Source: Macrostomum lignano
Taxonomy: Eukaryota
Assembly: GCA_002269645.1 (NCBI GenBank)
Contig: NIVC01000362.1
Location: 588,883-652,882 of the forward strand
Direction of reading: 5' to 3'
Length of the DNA stretch: 64,000 nt
Numbering within the stretch: the stretch's first letter is position 1; each line of letters begins with the position of its first letter. Shown piece after piece: positions 1-12,384 of the stretch. The translations under genes and the position numbers were made by a program. The notes beneath the pieces are model-generated. The model was not told the DNA's origin. It made no database searches and worked only from the letters and a program-made list of their open reading frames with translations.

Positions 1-30
1 TAATTCCCTCAACACCTCCTCGATCTTTAG

Positions 31-440
31 GTGTCGGTCACCTGGTGGCAGCCAGTCGCGTTGCACTCCGTCCTGACTGCCTGGCAGCTGGTCGTTGCCT
101 CCGGCTGCCTCGCCGCCGCCTGGGCCGCCCGTCGAGCGGCTGACGCCCTGCCAGCCCTGGCCGAATCAGCCGGTCTCCTGACGGCCGTGGCTGGCTGGCT
201 GGCATCTGCTGGCCTGCTGGCTCCATGGGCGCTGGTGCTGTATCAACGCCAGCAGCTGGGAGCAGACTGGCGCGTTGGATTGATGGAGCAGCTTGCGTTG
301 CAGCTGCCGCTGCTCATCAGCCTGCTGGCTACTCAGGGCCTGCGAGCGGTGGCCTATTTGAAGTCACCGGCTGAGCACAACCAGGCCCGGTGCAGACGGC
401 CTTTGAACAGCAGCCCGGAGACTGCCGTGGGTCGCGACCG
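31..440 (+). CDS. Internal exon of a divergent class C GPCR (GABA-B receptor / GPR156-like), TM5-TM7 region; gene starts upstream of the window
   Basis: Acceptor TTTAG ends at 30; donor GTAGGT starts at 441. Three hydrophobic segments; SGCLAAAWAARR...LPALAES resembles the GABA-B TM5-ICL3 motif GCFLAWETR...IPALNDS. Family call is from motif recognition only. Confidence 0.65.
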
Positions 441-450
441 GTAGGTTTCA

Positions 451-690
451 GTGAGCTCTGGGAGGCTGCCCAGCAACTGGGGATTTGGGAGGCTGGCCCA
501 GCAACTAGGGATTTGGGATGGCCCAGCAACTGGGGATTTAGGAGGCTGGCCCAGCAACTGGGGATTTGGGAGGCTGGCCCAGCAACTGACACTCTGGGAG
601 GCTGGCCCAGCAACTGACACTCTGGGAGGCTGGCCCAGCAACTGACACTCTGGGAGGCTTGCTCAGCAACTGAGGATCTAGGAGGCTGGC
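451..690. repeat. About 28-bp minisatellite (GGAGGCTGGCCCAGCAACTG core) filling the GPCR intron
   Basis: About 8 tandem copies between donor 441 and acceptor 741; same family as 8297-9237 and 18700-19450. Confidence 0.95.
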
Positions 691-741
691 TGACGATCGC
701 AGACTGAAATTTATCACTGAATCTGTCCCTCAATCTCGCAG

Positions 742-1354
742 GGGTGGCGCCTCCACTTGGCTTGTCCAAGGCCAACATCAGCAGCCGCCGCAGCAGCAAG
801 ATTCCTCACCTTCGGGCTCTTCAACAGCCACGGCAGCAACATCCGCATCGCCGACCCCACCGACCGTGCCGCCGACATCGTCGCGAGCCTCCAGCAGCCA
901 GCAGCAGCTGCTGCGCCAGAACCGCCAGCTCCGACGCCAGCTGGAGGAGCTTCGTCGACAGCTCAACCGACAGGACCAAGAAGTCGCCGACTGCGACGAG
1001 CAGCAGGACGACACGGCCAGGAGCATCGTGGACATCTACCAGCTGGATGACACCTGGGAGACTCGCTCCTACCTGAGCTGCCAGCTGCAGCAGAATCTGC
1101 GCCAGCTGCCTAGCGACCGACTCTACCCGGATTCGGTGACGGTTGACAGCAGGCCGATGAAGTTGCCAGCTGGCAGTCGGGTTTGTGAGGCTGGCACTCC
1201 GATGAAGAGAGCTGCTGCCCCATCACGCGCAGCAGCGATGCACAGCAGGAGGAAAGCTACCAGACGAGGATCTCGGTTGGCAACAAAACAACAAAGGACA
1301 ACCGACATTGACAATCAGCTGGCCAGTGCTGCCTGTACTTATTTTATGGTGTAG
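742..1354 (+). CDS. Terminal exon of the GPCR-like gene: low-complexity cytoplasmic tail with a coiled coil
   Basis: Acceptor CTCGCAG ends at 741. The phase-2 intron 441-741 joins CG|G (Arg) in frame with the 866..1354 ORF, which is open from 743. QQQLLRQNRQLRRQLEELRRQL is heptad-like; stop TAG at 1352-1354. Confidence 0.7.
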
Positions 1355-1443
1355 ATTGTGCTAAATGGCTCTGTACATGTATAAACTCTAGAGCTGGATC
1401 AGAACTTTAATGCCCAACTGCACTTTTTGTTCCTTGTATCCTG

Positions 1444-1909
1444 GAAATGGGCTCCACTGACTCACTACTCAAAACAGAAATGGGCACTCCACTGACTCAC
1501 TACACAAAACAGAAATGGGCACTCCACTGACTCACTACACAAAACAGAAATGGGCACTCCACTGAATCACTACTCAAAACAGAAATGGGCACTCCACTGA
1601 CTCACTACTCAAAACAGAAATGGGCACTCCACTGACTCACTACTCAAAACAGAAATGGGCACTCCACTGACTCACTACTCAAAACAGAAATGGGCACTCC
1701 ACTGACTCACTACACAAAACAGAAATGGGCACTCCACTCACTCACTACTCAAAACAGAAATGGGCACTCCACTGACTCACTACACAAAACAGAAATGGGC
1801 ACTCCACTGACTCACTACTCAAAACAGAAATGGGCACTCCACTGACTCACTACTCAAAACAGAAATGGGCACTCCACTGACTCACTACACAAAACAGAAA
1901 TGGGCACTC
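1444..1909. repeat. 35-bp minisatellite (ACTCCACTGACTCACTACWCAAAACAGAAATGGGC), left arm
   Basis: About 13 near-identical copies, interrupted mid-monomer at 1909. Confidence 0.97.
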
Positions 1910-4900
1910 CCCACGTAACCAAGAATCTCGCCAAAGGCTTGCGTCCCCATCGCGTGGCAATATTAGGCGATATCTCGCCTGGCGATATCTAAGCAATATC
2001 TAAGCGATATCGATCGGCGATAAATCAATACGATAGGAAATTGCCTCTAAAGTCCTATATATATGTCTAAAAGACACTAAAACGAAGTTCAAACCTATAT
2101 TGGCCCATCTTGCGCGCATTCTTGCGAAATCGCCAAAACCTTGAGTTTCGATGCCTTGGCGATAATTGCACTATCGCCGAGCGATAGAACAACGTTGGGA
2201 ATGCGATCCATGCTTAATTCACATGTATTTTAGCCCACTCACATGTATTATTCGCAATTTAAGGTCACTTCGTGAATGGTGAGTTGCAAGCGAGTGATGC
2301 TCTTCTGTTTTAGCATTATCTTCTTGGTCTATCGTACCGTACATATAAACAAGTTCGTGCATCGCGGCGCGATATTTTAGCGGTTGGCTGGCGCTGTTTT
2401 TAAGTTCATCTTGAAACTTTGATGCCAATAAGATGTATATCAAGGTAAATTTGCAGTTTTGATATATGAAAATAAAAAATATGTTCTTTTGTCGTCTTGT
2501 CCTGCTTTGTGTTTCTGACTGCAAAATTCATTTATTAATTTGATAAAATACGCGTTAAATGTATGCTCTTTTAAAAATGACGCTGCACAACTAGTCAGAG
2601 GTCTTCATCGAATTAAGACAGATCATCAGATCGCATGTTCCCTTTTTACATATGTTATACATGTCTTACGCTCAAGATTATTTGTGAAACAAAAAACTGT
2701 GGTAAATAGTGGTAGATAGTAACAGTAGTCCAGTGCTCAGAGTTTTATTTTGTCAAACTGTGTTTTTAGCACTTCATTTTTAGATTTCTTTTGCACATCC
2801 AGATGCCAATTTTGCACCTCGAAATGTTGGTAGACGCATACTTTTAATTACATTTCTAGAATTCAAATGCATTTTGGCTCTTTTAGAGAAATTATAACTA
2901 TTACTGAACTTAGATCAGTGCCAACTGCCAATGTAGTTGATTAGGGCCTAGGCCTAACTTAAATTTCCTTCATTGTTCATTTCAATTTCAACCTGATCTA
3001 GCATTGATTAGGTTTTGGAAAATTCTAAATAGCTAAACTAGCTCCAGCCTATATTCTACAAGTAGAAGATAGCTTTTGTGGACTTCTTAAGGATCAGATG
3101 TATAAAATACTTGCTGATGTCCAAATCTTAAACTGCTTTTGTCAAATGTCAATACTATTACTAATGTAAAATTTAGGATTTTGGAGGATTTTTGACAAGT
3201 GGAAATTTTTATACCTAGCTATTAATGGTGATATTGATCTTCTTGAATAGAACAATAGGCCTTTCCAACCATAACCCATAGGCCATATTCCCCATGGTCC
3301 AAGTATTAAGGTTAACTTATTTTAGACTTTGACTTCTTGTTAAATGCTAACTAGAAACTTATTTTATAGAATATAATGGCCATTGATCTTGAAATTAGAT
3401 AGAACAGTGAGTCTCTATTAAAGATCAATTACAATATAGGCCTAGTAGTCTATACTATATGTGGCTATAGTTTATTGTCATTTTTCCATATCTATATTTT
3501 TTGACTTAGCCATTTTCTTATGCCATGGTTTTTGGTGTTTAGGTTAGCTACCCTAGGGCTAGGCCTAGTCATTTCAAATTGACTAGATCTCAATTTTTAA
3601 TATATTTTATAGTAGCTATTTATCTTAAATAGAAAAGTGGGCTTCTTTTAAAGATTAGGCTAGGCCTAATACTATATTAATACTATATTATATTATACTT
3701 CTACCTACCCTAATACCTTGTTCCCTATACAGGTTATAGCTATGGTACTTAGCATTGATATTAGGATTATCCTAGTTATTTTTTGTAGTAAAAATGGATG
3801 CATTATTTGAACTCTCCATACCAAAAGACCTCTATTTAGACTATAGCTACAAATTTATGAACTGATATAAAATGGAACTATCCTAGTTATTTTATCATTT
3901 GGACCAAAAATGCTAGTTTTACTGGTTTAATAAAATTTGTTCACATCTTTTTTATGCAAGCAATTATATCCTTTCTTTCAGCTGTTCTACAATCTCAATT
4001 TTGGGGGCCAGTTTGTCAAGTATGCTCCCGAAGCATGAATTATCAGCCTACCAACATGCCAATGGCCTTGAGTGAGCAATGAATGACTGAAGGTCCTCAG
4101 AAGCAAAGGTTCAATTCCGGAGACTGACTGGGAGGCCCATTCCTGTACCATCCTGTCAAAGTGTGGTAAATACTTTAAAGTTCTAGACTTCCTTTGAATT
4201 ACTTATTTGGTGACTAACTGAACTGCATACTTCTGATGTGGGTGATATTCTGCACAAGCATGATAAGTCAAAGTAACTGGAATTTTACTTTGTTACATTT
4301 AATTTTTCCATTGTGAAGTAACCGATATTTACTGTCGAATTGCTTGTTAAAGAAGTCGGAAATATTTAATATTTTGTTTTTTTTAGTCATCTGGGTTTTT
4401 CACCTTAGACTTCAAGTCATGTAATGACATGACCGTCATTCTATTAGCATGACCAAATTGAGACAGGTTCATGCCAGCCTGGTATTATCAAGAAATTTTA
4501 TTGTTATGGGTGTCATTTTGACTTGGCTTAGGTTTTGTAAAGGGCAAAAATTTATTAAGTTACGAATTTTGAGTCATTTAAAGATTCGAGGAGTCTGACA
4601 AGAATGCATCATACTTGTCAAATGTATGTTTTTTCTTATTGCCAACCAGCCCAGCATTTGTCTTCAATATTTGTCAAATGAAAGTAGTGCTCAAGTCTAA
4701 CTATTGCTATTTTTCTCCTATATTATATTTTTCTCTCCCTGCCTGCTGCATATTTATAGCTGAATTTTCACCATACATGCTGCTGTAAGTAGCATCATTA
4801 GAAGTAAAATATATATTCAAAAATCGGGAGGCATTAATAAGAACTTGTGGAGTTTTCGTCTCCAGCGACTTGAAGGAAAGCTATAGGCTATCTGATGGAA

Positions 4901-5160
4901 TAATAAATTTGCAGTATTGAGCTGTGTCTGTTGATTCTTTCAATCATTTTTAATGCTATCATTTAAACAAGAATTATAACTGTATCGTCAATTCATCGCC
5001 AATTGCTCGCCAAACGATATCGCCGGGCGATACGGGACGATATCGCCCCTGCGGACAGCCGCGATATTTCGGCGAGATGAGGGCGATCGCTCGGCGATGT
5101 TTAGACGAATCGCCGGGCGGTATCGCCCCGATGTGGAGGCGAGGTTTTTGGTTATGTGGG
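1910..5160. mobile_element. Non-autonomous cut-and-paste DNA transposon (CMC/EnSpm-like termini), 3251 bp
   Basis: Left end CCCACGTAACCAAGAATCTCGCC versus reverse complement of right end CCCACATAACCAAAAACCTCGCC (20/23 match). TC is duplicated at 1908-1909 and 5161-5162. GC-rich subterminal GGCGATATC-type motifs at both ends; AT-rich interior with no transposase ORF. Confidence 0.85.
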
Positions 5161-6545
5161 TCCACTCACTCACTACTCAAAACAGAAATGGGCACTCCAC
5201 TGACTCACTACTCAAAACAGAAATAGGCACTCCACTGACTCACTACTCAAAACAGAAATGGGCACTCCACTGGCTCACTACACAAAACAGAAATGGGCAC
5301 TCCACTGACTCACTACACAAAACAGAAATGGGCACTCCACTGACTCACTACTCAAAACAGAAATGGGCACTCCACTGACTCACTACACAAAACAGAAATG
5401 GGCACTCCACTCACTCACTACTCAAAACAGAAATGGGCACTCCACTGACTAACTACACAAAACAGAAATGGGCACTCCACTGACTCACTACACAAAACAG
5501 AAATGGGCACTCCACTGACTCACTACACAAAACAGAAATGGGCACTCCACTGACTCACTACACAAAACAGAAATGGGCACTCCACTGACTCACTACACAA
5601 AACAGAAATGGGCACTCCACTGACTCACTACACAAAACAGAAATGGGCACTCCACTGACTCACTACACAAAACAGAAATGGGCACTCCACTGACTCACTA
5701 CTCAAAACAGAAATGGGCACTCCACTGACTCACTACACAAAACAGAAATGGGCACTCCACTGACTCACTACACAAAACAGAAATGGGCACTCCACTGACT
5801 CACTACACAAAACAGAAATGGGCACTCCACTGACTCACTACACAAAACAGAAATGGGCACTCCACTGACTCACTACACAACAGAAATGGGCACTCCACTG
5901 ACTCACTACACAAAACAGAAATGGGCACTTCACTGACTCACTACACAAAACAGAAATGGGCACTCCACTGACTCACTACACAAAACAGAAATGGGCACTC
6001 CACTGACTCACTACACAACAGAAATGGGCACTCCACTGACTCACTACACAAAACAGAAATGGGCACTCCACTGACTCACTACACAACAGAAATGGGCACT
6101 CCACTGACTCACTACACAAAACAGAAATGGGCACTCCACTGACTCACTACACAAAACAGAAATGGGCACTCCACTGACTCACTACACAACAGAAATGGGC
6201 ACTCCACTGACTCACTACACAAAACAGAAATGGGCACTCCACTGACTCACTACACAAAACAGAAATGGGCACTCTACTGACTCACTACACAAAACAGAAA
6301 TGGGCACTCCACTGACTCACCACTCAAAACAGAAATGGGCACTCCACTGACTCACCACTCAAAACAGAAATGGGCACTCCACTGACTCACTACACAAAAC
6401 AGAAATGGGCACTCCACTGACTCACTACTCAAAACAGAAATGGGCACTCCACTGACTCACTACACAAAACAGAAATGGGCACTCCACTGACTCACCACTC
6501 AAAACAGAAATGGGCACTCCACTGACTCACCACCCCACAGAAATG
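5161..6545. repeat. 35-bp minisatellite, right arm
   Basis: About 39 copies resuming in register after the transposon; a few 33-bp variants (ACACAACAG). Confidence 0.97.
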
Positions 6546-6959
6546 TCTTCTTTTACTGAACTTCAGTTCCGTCATATAGAATAGCTTACACAGACGACTG
6601 TAAATAAGTTTTTAACACACAGAATCAACAGCCACATTGAGTTCTTTAGTCCCGTAGTAAATATGTATATACTACGCGCGTAAATACAATATTTTTGTTT
6701 TGTAAAATTATAATAAAAGGAAAATATATTATAGCTTCTCTAACCTTAATAAATAAAAACAGAAGTTCCCAAGCAATGCAAGCCCAGCCAGGTGTTTTTT
6801 TTCGGTTCGCTTTGTTTTCATTTCGCGTGGCAGCGATTTTCGTGGAATTCTGTTGTCCATTTACGCATCCAGGGGTGAGTCCGAGCTCCCGCCCGCCAAG
6901 CCTCTCCGTCCGGGTCCTTAAAACTTCTCAATAGCAATCCGGCCCGCTCAAGGTATGTC

Positions 6960-7322
6960 TATTCTCAGCTCTCTCCTCTCTTCTTTTATCTCTTCCTCTC
7001 TCTCTGCTCTCCTCTCTCTTCTCTTTCCCTCTCTTTGCTCTCACCTCTTCTCTCCTCTCATCTCTTCTCTATCCCTCTTTCTGCTCTGCTCTCTTCTCTT
7101 ATCTCTCCCTCTCTCTGCTCTGCTCTCTTCTCTTATCTCTCCCTCTGCTCTGCTCTGCTCTCTTCTCTTATCTCTCCCTCTCTCTGCTCTGCTCTCACTT
7201 CTTCTCTCTCCCTCTCTCTGCTCTGCCCTCTTCTCTTATCTCTCCCTCTCTCTACTCTCCTCTCTCCCCTCTCTTCCCTCCTTTCTTCTCTTAACTCACC
7301 TCTCCTCTCCTCTCTCTCTCCT
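6960..7322. repeat. CT-rich low-complexity / degenerate (TCTC)n tract
   Basis: About 360 bp almost entirely C/T. Confidence 0.9.
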
Positions 7323-8296
7323 GACATGCAGTCATATGCCAGATTCTTGATCTGGCCCTTGAGGTAAAAATGTTAACCAAACCCTTGGTAAGTGTGCCTC
7401 AGCAAAAGCCACATAATCAGACTAAAATTGGGTGTGTGCTTGAGTCACTGACGTACTCCTGGCGACATATTTGTTAGTCAGTCTAGTTTTCTATGATAGA
7501 TATGCATGGGAATTTGAGAGTACAATAAGCAATAAATAGCGACTGAAGTCTCCGCCTTAAACACCAACCCTGTCAGCTGCGAACAAAGGAACAAAACTAG
7601 TTCCCACGCGCTGGCTCATTCCCCAATCCCCACACGTTGCGCTTCCAGATCTCTTCGTTCCAGGCTTCCCCCGTGTTCCCTCCCTCGTTGCTTCATTTTT
7701 ATCTCATGATCATTTATTTACCTGCCCTGCTCTCCCATCCTTTGCTTTGCAGTTAGAATCAAGTGTTGAGAATTCAGTGTTCTACTCGTAGCTTTTCTCA
7801 CTGTCATCCCTCTCTCCTCACTGTTCTCTCTCTCTCTCTCTCTCCCCCTCTCTCCTTCTTTAGCATTCCCTCTCTCTCCTGTCCTAGTCCTAGACAAGAA
7901 ACCACAAGCAATAAAAAGTTTCTTAGCAGGAATTATTTGTTGGAAAACTGTTTTCCAAATAGCGCAGCTGACTTGCACTCGCATGAGTTTCTCCAAGCCA
8001 GGTGTTGTTCAGGGTTTTTTGTGTATTTATTTGCCAATTTAAAACAACAACAAAATAACATAAGTGAGCGTATTGCACTAAAAAAACTTAAAAAATTGCA
8101 CATATATAGCAAGTGTGCTAGGAATTAGTTGAAGCTGAAAATGAATAGCGTAGACTTCAATTGAGACGGTTTCAGAGCTGAGCATGTATATTGCATTTCA
8201 GTAATTAAATATTGAATATTTTACCCGCAACTGAAAGCAAAGCGGCAGATAGCTCGTACAAGACAAAGATGAAACTGAATTCCTGATGTTGTTCGT

Positions 8297-9237
8297 AACT
8301 GAGGATCTGGGAGGCTGGGCCAGCAACTGAGGATCTGGGAGGCTGGGCCAGCAACTGAGGATCTGGGAGGCTGGGCCAGCAACTGAGGATCTGGGAGGCT
8401 GGGCCAGCAACTGAGGATCTGGGAGGCTGGGCCAGCAACTGAGGATCTGGGAGGCTGGGCCAGCAACTGAGGATCTGGGAGGCTGGGCCAGCAACTGAGG
8501 ATCTGGGAGGCTGGGCCAGCAACTGAGGATCTGGGAGGCTGGGCCAGCAACTGAGGATCTGGGAGGCTGGGCCAGCAACTGAGGATCTGGGAGGCTGGGC
8601 CAGCAACTGAGGATCTGGGAGGCTGGGCCAGCAACTGAGGATCTGGGAGGCTGGGCCAGCAACTGAGGATCTGGGAGGCTGGGCCAGCAACTGAGGATCT
8701 GGGAGGCTGGGCCAGCAACTGAGGATCTGGGAGGCTGGGCCAGCAACTGAGGATCTGGGAGGCTGGGCCAGCAACTGAGGATCTGGGAGGCTGGGCCAGC
8801 AACTGAGGATCTGGGAGGCTGGGCCAGCAACTGAGGATCTGGGAGGCTGGGCCAGCAACTGAGGATCTGGGAGGCTGGGCCAGCAACTGAGGATCTGGGA
8901 GGCTGGGCCAGCAACTGAGGATCTGGGAGGCTGGGCCAGCAACTGAGGATCTGGGAGGCTGGGCCAGCAACTGAGGATCTGGGAGGCTGGGCTAGCAACT
9001 GAGGATCTGGGAGGCTGGGCCAGCAACTGAGGATCTGGGAGGCTGGGCCAGCAACTGAGGATCTGGGAGGCTGGGCCAGCAACTGAGGATCTGGGAGGCT
9101 GGGCCAGCAACTGAGGATCTGGGAGGCTGGGCCAGCAACTGAGGATCTGGGAGGCTGGGCCAGCAACTGAGGATCTGGGAGGCTGGCCTAGCAACTGACA
9201 CTCTGGGAGGCTGGCCCAGCAACTGAGGCTCTGGGGA
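8297..9237. repeat. 28-bp minisatellite (AACTGAGGATCTGGGAGGCTGGGCCAGC), highly homogeneous
   Basis: About 33 copies, nearly all identical; source of the spurious ORFs 8198-9255. Confidence 0.97.
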
Positions 9238-9769
9238 GCTTGGTTTTCCGCTCAAGTGATCCAGGTAATTCAGTTAAAGGCTTCTGATTTTGAAAAGCCT
9301 TTATAATATTTTTAGCACGCTTTTAAACAACAAAGACCCATGAATTAAGAAGAATCATCATTTTATAATTAGGAGATTATAAGCTAAAAATATAATTGAG
9401 ATTATAACACTGATAAAAAGATTGCATGTTATGCATTGATAAAGGAAGTGCAGAGCAAGCACCCACATACCCACTAGAGCGTACTAGCAGTAGCGAGTGC
9501 AATAAAATACTGCGTGACCATATCGCGAGGCCAAATGCAGGGCTGATATTGCAACCAACAGATGAAAGAGTGTACAGAAGCAGAATAGCACAGATTTTTA
9601 TTGGACAAATCGACACCAAAAATATCAATTTGAAAATGAAATCTTCGATTGATAAAGCGATTAAAATTAACTGACTTATAAACTGTAGGATAGGGACTTG
9701 CGCATGTACATGTGGAACACAGAAGACTATGCGCTCAAGTGAATTGAGCGAGGTCATAGACAATGCGTT

Positions 9770-10398
9770 TGGGTGTACACAGACCCAGCACAACAGGTGT
9801 TTGGGTGTACACAGACCCCAGTACAGCAAGTGTTTGAGTGTACACAGACCCAAGTACAACAGGTTCTTGGGTGTACAACACAGACCCCAGTACAACAGGT
9901 GTTTGGGTGTACACAGCCCCAGTACAACAGGTGTTTGGGTGTACACAGACCCCAGTACAACAGGTGTTTGGGTGTACACAGACCCTAGTACAACAGGTGT
10001 TTGGGTGTACACAGACCCTAGTACAACAGGTGTTTGGGTGTACACAGACCCCAGTACAACAGGTGCTTGGGTGTACAACACAGACCCCAGTACAACAGGT
10101 GCTTGGGTGTACACAGACCCCAGTACAACAGGTGTTTGGGTGTACACAGACCCCAGTACAACAGGTGTTTGGGTGTACACAGACCCCAGTACAACAGGTG
10201 TTTGGGTGTACACAGACCCAAGTACAACAGGTGTTTGGGTGTACACAGACCCCAGTACAACAGGTGTTTGGGTGTACACAGCCCCAGTACAACAGGTGTT
10301 TGGGTGTTCACAGCCCCAGTACAACAGGTGTTTGGGTGTTCACAGCCCCAGTACAACAGGTGTTTGGGTGTACACAGACCCCAGTACAACAGGTGTTT
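9770..10398. repeat. 33-bp minisatellite (CACAGACCCCAGTACAACAGGTGTTTGGGTGTA)
   Basis: About 19 copies with 32/35-bp variants. Confidence 0.95.
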
Positions 10399-10499
10399 TG
10401 TAGGCACACTATACTCGTAAAGTGATAAAATTTTAGTCAAATCATTCAAACAAGCACCAGTATAGTTAATCATGGTTTCAGTTCGGAATCAACGCACTT

Positions 10500-10643
10500 C
10501 TAGAGGACGCACTGATTGAATGGAACGGACATCTTCTGTTCCACATCTAGGCCTTCCATTGCTTCTAAAAATTCTTTGTTCGTGATGCGATTATGCTTGT
10601 CTTTGTCCACCTCGGACAGGGCGCGGCAGGCGATTGATTGCAC
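10500..10643 (-). CDS. CHP1: Calcineurin B homologous protein (CHP-like), exon 2 (last)
   Basis: Acceptor CCGCAG|GTG. VQSIACRALSEVDKDKHNRITNKEFLEAMEGLDVEQKMSVPF matches the CHP C-terminus (EF4 plus DVEQKMS). Stop TAG at 10500-10502. Confidence 0.85.
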   Translation of the reverse strand: MQSIACRALSEVDKDKHNRITNKEFLEAMEGLDVEQKMSVPFNQCVL

Positions 10644-10696
10644 CTGCGGGATGCGGATTAGTTGGCGGATTGGCGAGGCTTCTCTAGGATTAACTC

Positions 10697-11160
10697 TGGG
10701 GAGTGGGGTTGGAGGGATAGGGAGTGGGGTTGAAGGCATGGGGAGTGGGGTTGAAGGGATGGGGAGTGGGGTTGAAGGGATGGGGAGTGGGGTTGAAGGC
10801 ATGGGGAGTGGGGTTGAAGGGATGGGGAGTGGGGTTGAAGGCATGGGAGTGGGGTTGAAGGGATGGGGAGTGGGGTTGAAGGCATGGGGAGTGGGGTTGA
10901 AGGCATGGGGAGTGGGGTTGAAGGGATGGGGAGTGGGGTTGAAGGCATGGGGAGTGGGGTTGAAGGGATGGGGAGTGGGGTTGAAGGGATGGGGAGTGGG
11001 GTTGAAGGCATGGGGAGTGGGGTTGAAGGCATGGGGAGTGGGGTTGAAGGGATGGGGAGTGGGGTTGAAGGCATGGGGAGTGGGGTTGAAGGCATGGGGA
11101 GTGGGGTTGAAGGCATGGGGAGTGGGGTTGAAGGCATGGGGAGTGGGGTTGAAGGCATGG
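10697..11160. repeat. 21-bp G-rich minisatellite (GGGGAGTGGGGTTGAAGGSAT) filling the CHP intron
   Basis: About 22 copies; occupies about 460 of 529 intron bases. Confidence 0.95.
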
Positions 11161-11172
11161 AAAGTGTTTTAC

Positions 11173-11634
11173 CTGTTCCAAAGGCAGACGATTGCCAACC
11201 AGCATCTGCAGCAGTGAGCAGAGCTCAAAGGCTGTTAAAAACTCATTGCCCTCAATAGCCAGCATTCGATAGACGAATTGCACTTTAGCCAGCCGGCTGT
11301 CGGAGTCCGTAGCCGGCCGAAATACGGCCACAGCTGAGCAGAACTCCGGAAAGGTGAGCGTGTCAGCCGAGCCGGGGAACATGGCGGCAACGATGCGCTC
11401 AGCAAGAGGATTCGAGCTGAGCTCGGGATCGCTCAGCAGCTGACGGCGGGACAGAAGTTTCGGCGCGTCGGCTGGCGGTGCGGCAGCTGAAGGCCGACCG
11501 TCGCAGGTGCGCAGGCAGAGCTGACAGTAGCGCTGGTGCAGCTGGCGGACATTGGAGGCAGACAGGCCTGTGCTGGACACGATCGAGGCCACGTCGTATT
11601 GGGCCAGCGGGGAATGAGAGTAGGAGCCGCCCAT
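11173..11634 (-). CDS. CHP1: CHP-like protein, exon 1 (154 codons; spliced protein 201 aa)
   Basis: MGGSYS N-myristoylation-like start; PELSSNPLAERIV, LTFPEFCSAVAVFRP and AKVQFVYRM are CHP/calcineurin-B-type segments. Donor CAG|GTAAAA, phase 0. Confidence 0.85.
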
Positions 11635-11765
11635 GGCGCCGCTGCGGGGGGAGCGATTAATACTACTGAGTTAGCTGCGATTGGGCAGTAGTGTGATAAA
11701 TAGTCTGCGGTAGCTATGATCCAGTAGCTTGATAATGCGATAGGCTGATTTAATGAAGGGTATAG

Positions 11766-12069
<304 letters not shown>

Positions 12070-12384
12070 CCAGTCCATTTTATCCGCAAATATAGAAAAC
12101 CAGGAAGTAAAAAATTAAATTAAAAAGCCAGGAATGACACATGAATTCATCATTTACTGTATTGCATTTAAATGAAAAAAAATATTGCAATTCCTACGTC
12201 AATATGATGTAAGGCAAAGGTGCTAGCACCTGAGACAAACTATTTATAATACTAAATTAATTTGCAAATATGATTTTTAATTAAAATATGGTACATAATT
12301 ATTGTGATATTTTAAACAATTTACTAACAGTGCTCATGCTCACAATCTCACCATTCCTTGTGTCTTATACACAAAATTCACTAT

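Noticed and set aside
757-1050. Alternative plus-strand frames at 744-1076
   Set aside because: Only the frame ending at 1354 is compatible with the phase-2 intron from the upstream exon.
2219-2524. Transposase ORF inside the TIR element
   Set aside because: Short, AT-rich, no DDE or other motif. An exon-like block at 3982-4165 has stops in all three frames.
8198-9255. Long ORFs (249-329 aa) in three frames
   Set aside because: Translations of a stop-poor 28-bp repeat; same for 329-799 and 18625-19478.
9377-10473. Overlapping ORFs on both strands (VYTDPSTTG, CVHPNTC repeats)
   Set aside because: 33-bp minisatellite artefacts. The non-repeat hydrophobic tail at 9377-9760 matches nothing I recognise.
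10516-11258. Repeat-peptide ORFs and the 314-aa unspliced CHP ORF
   Set aside because: Read-through into the 21-bp intronic repeat; splicing at 11172/10644 gives a canonical CHP C-terminus.
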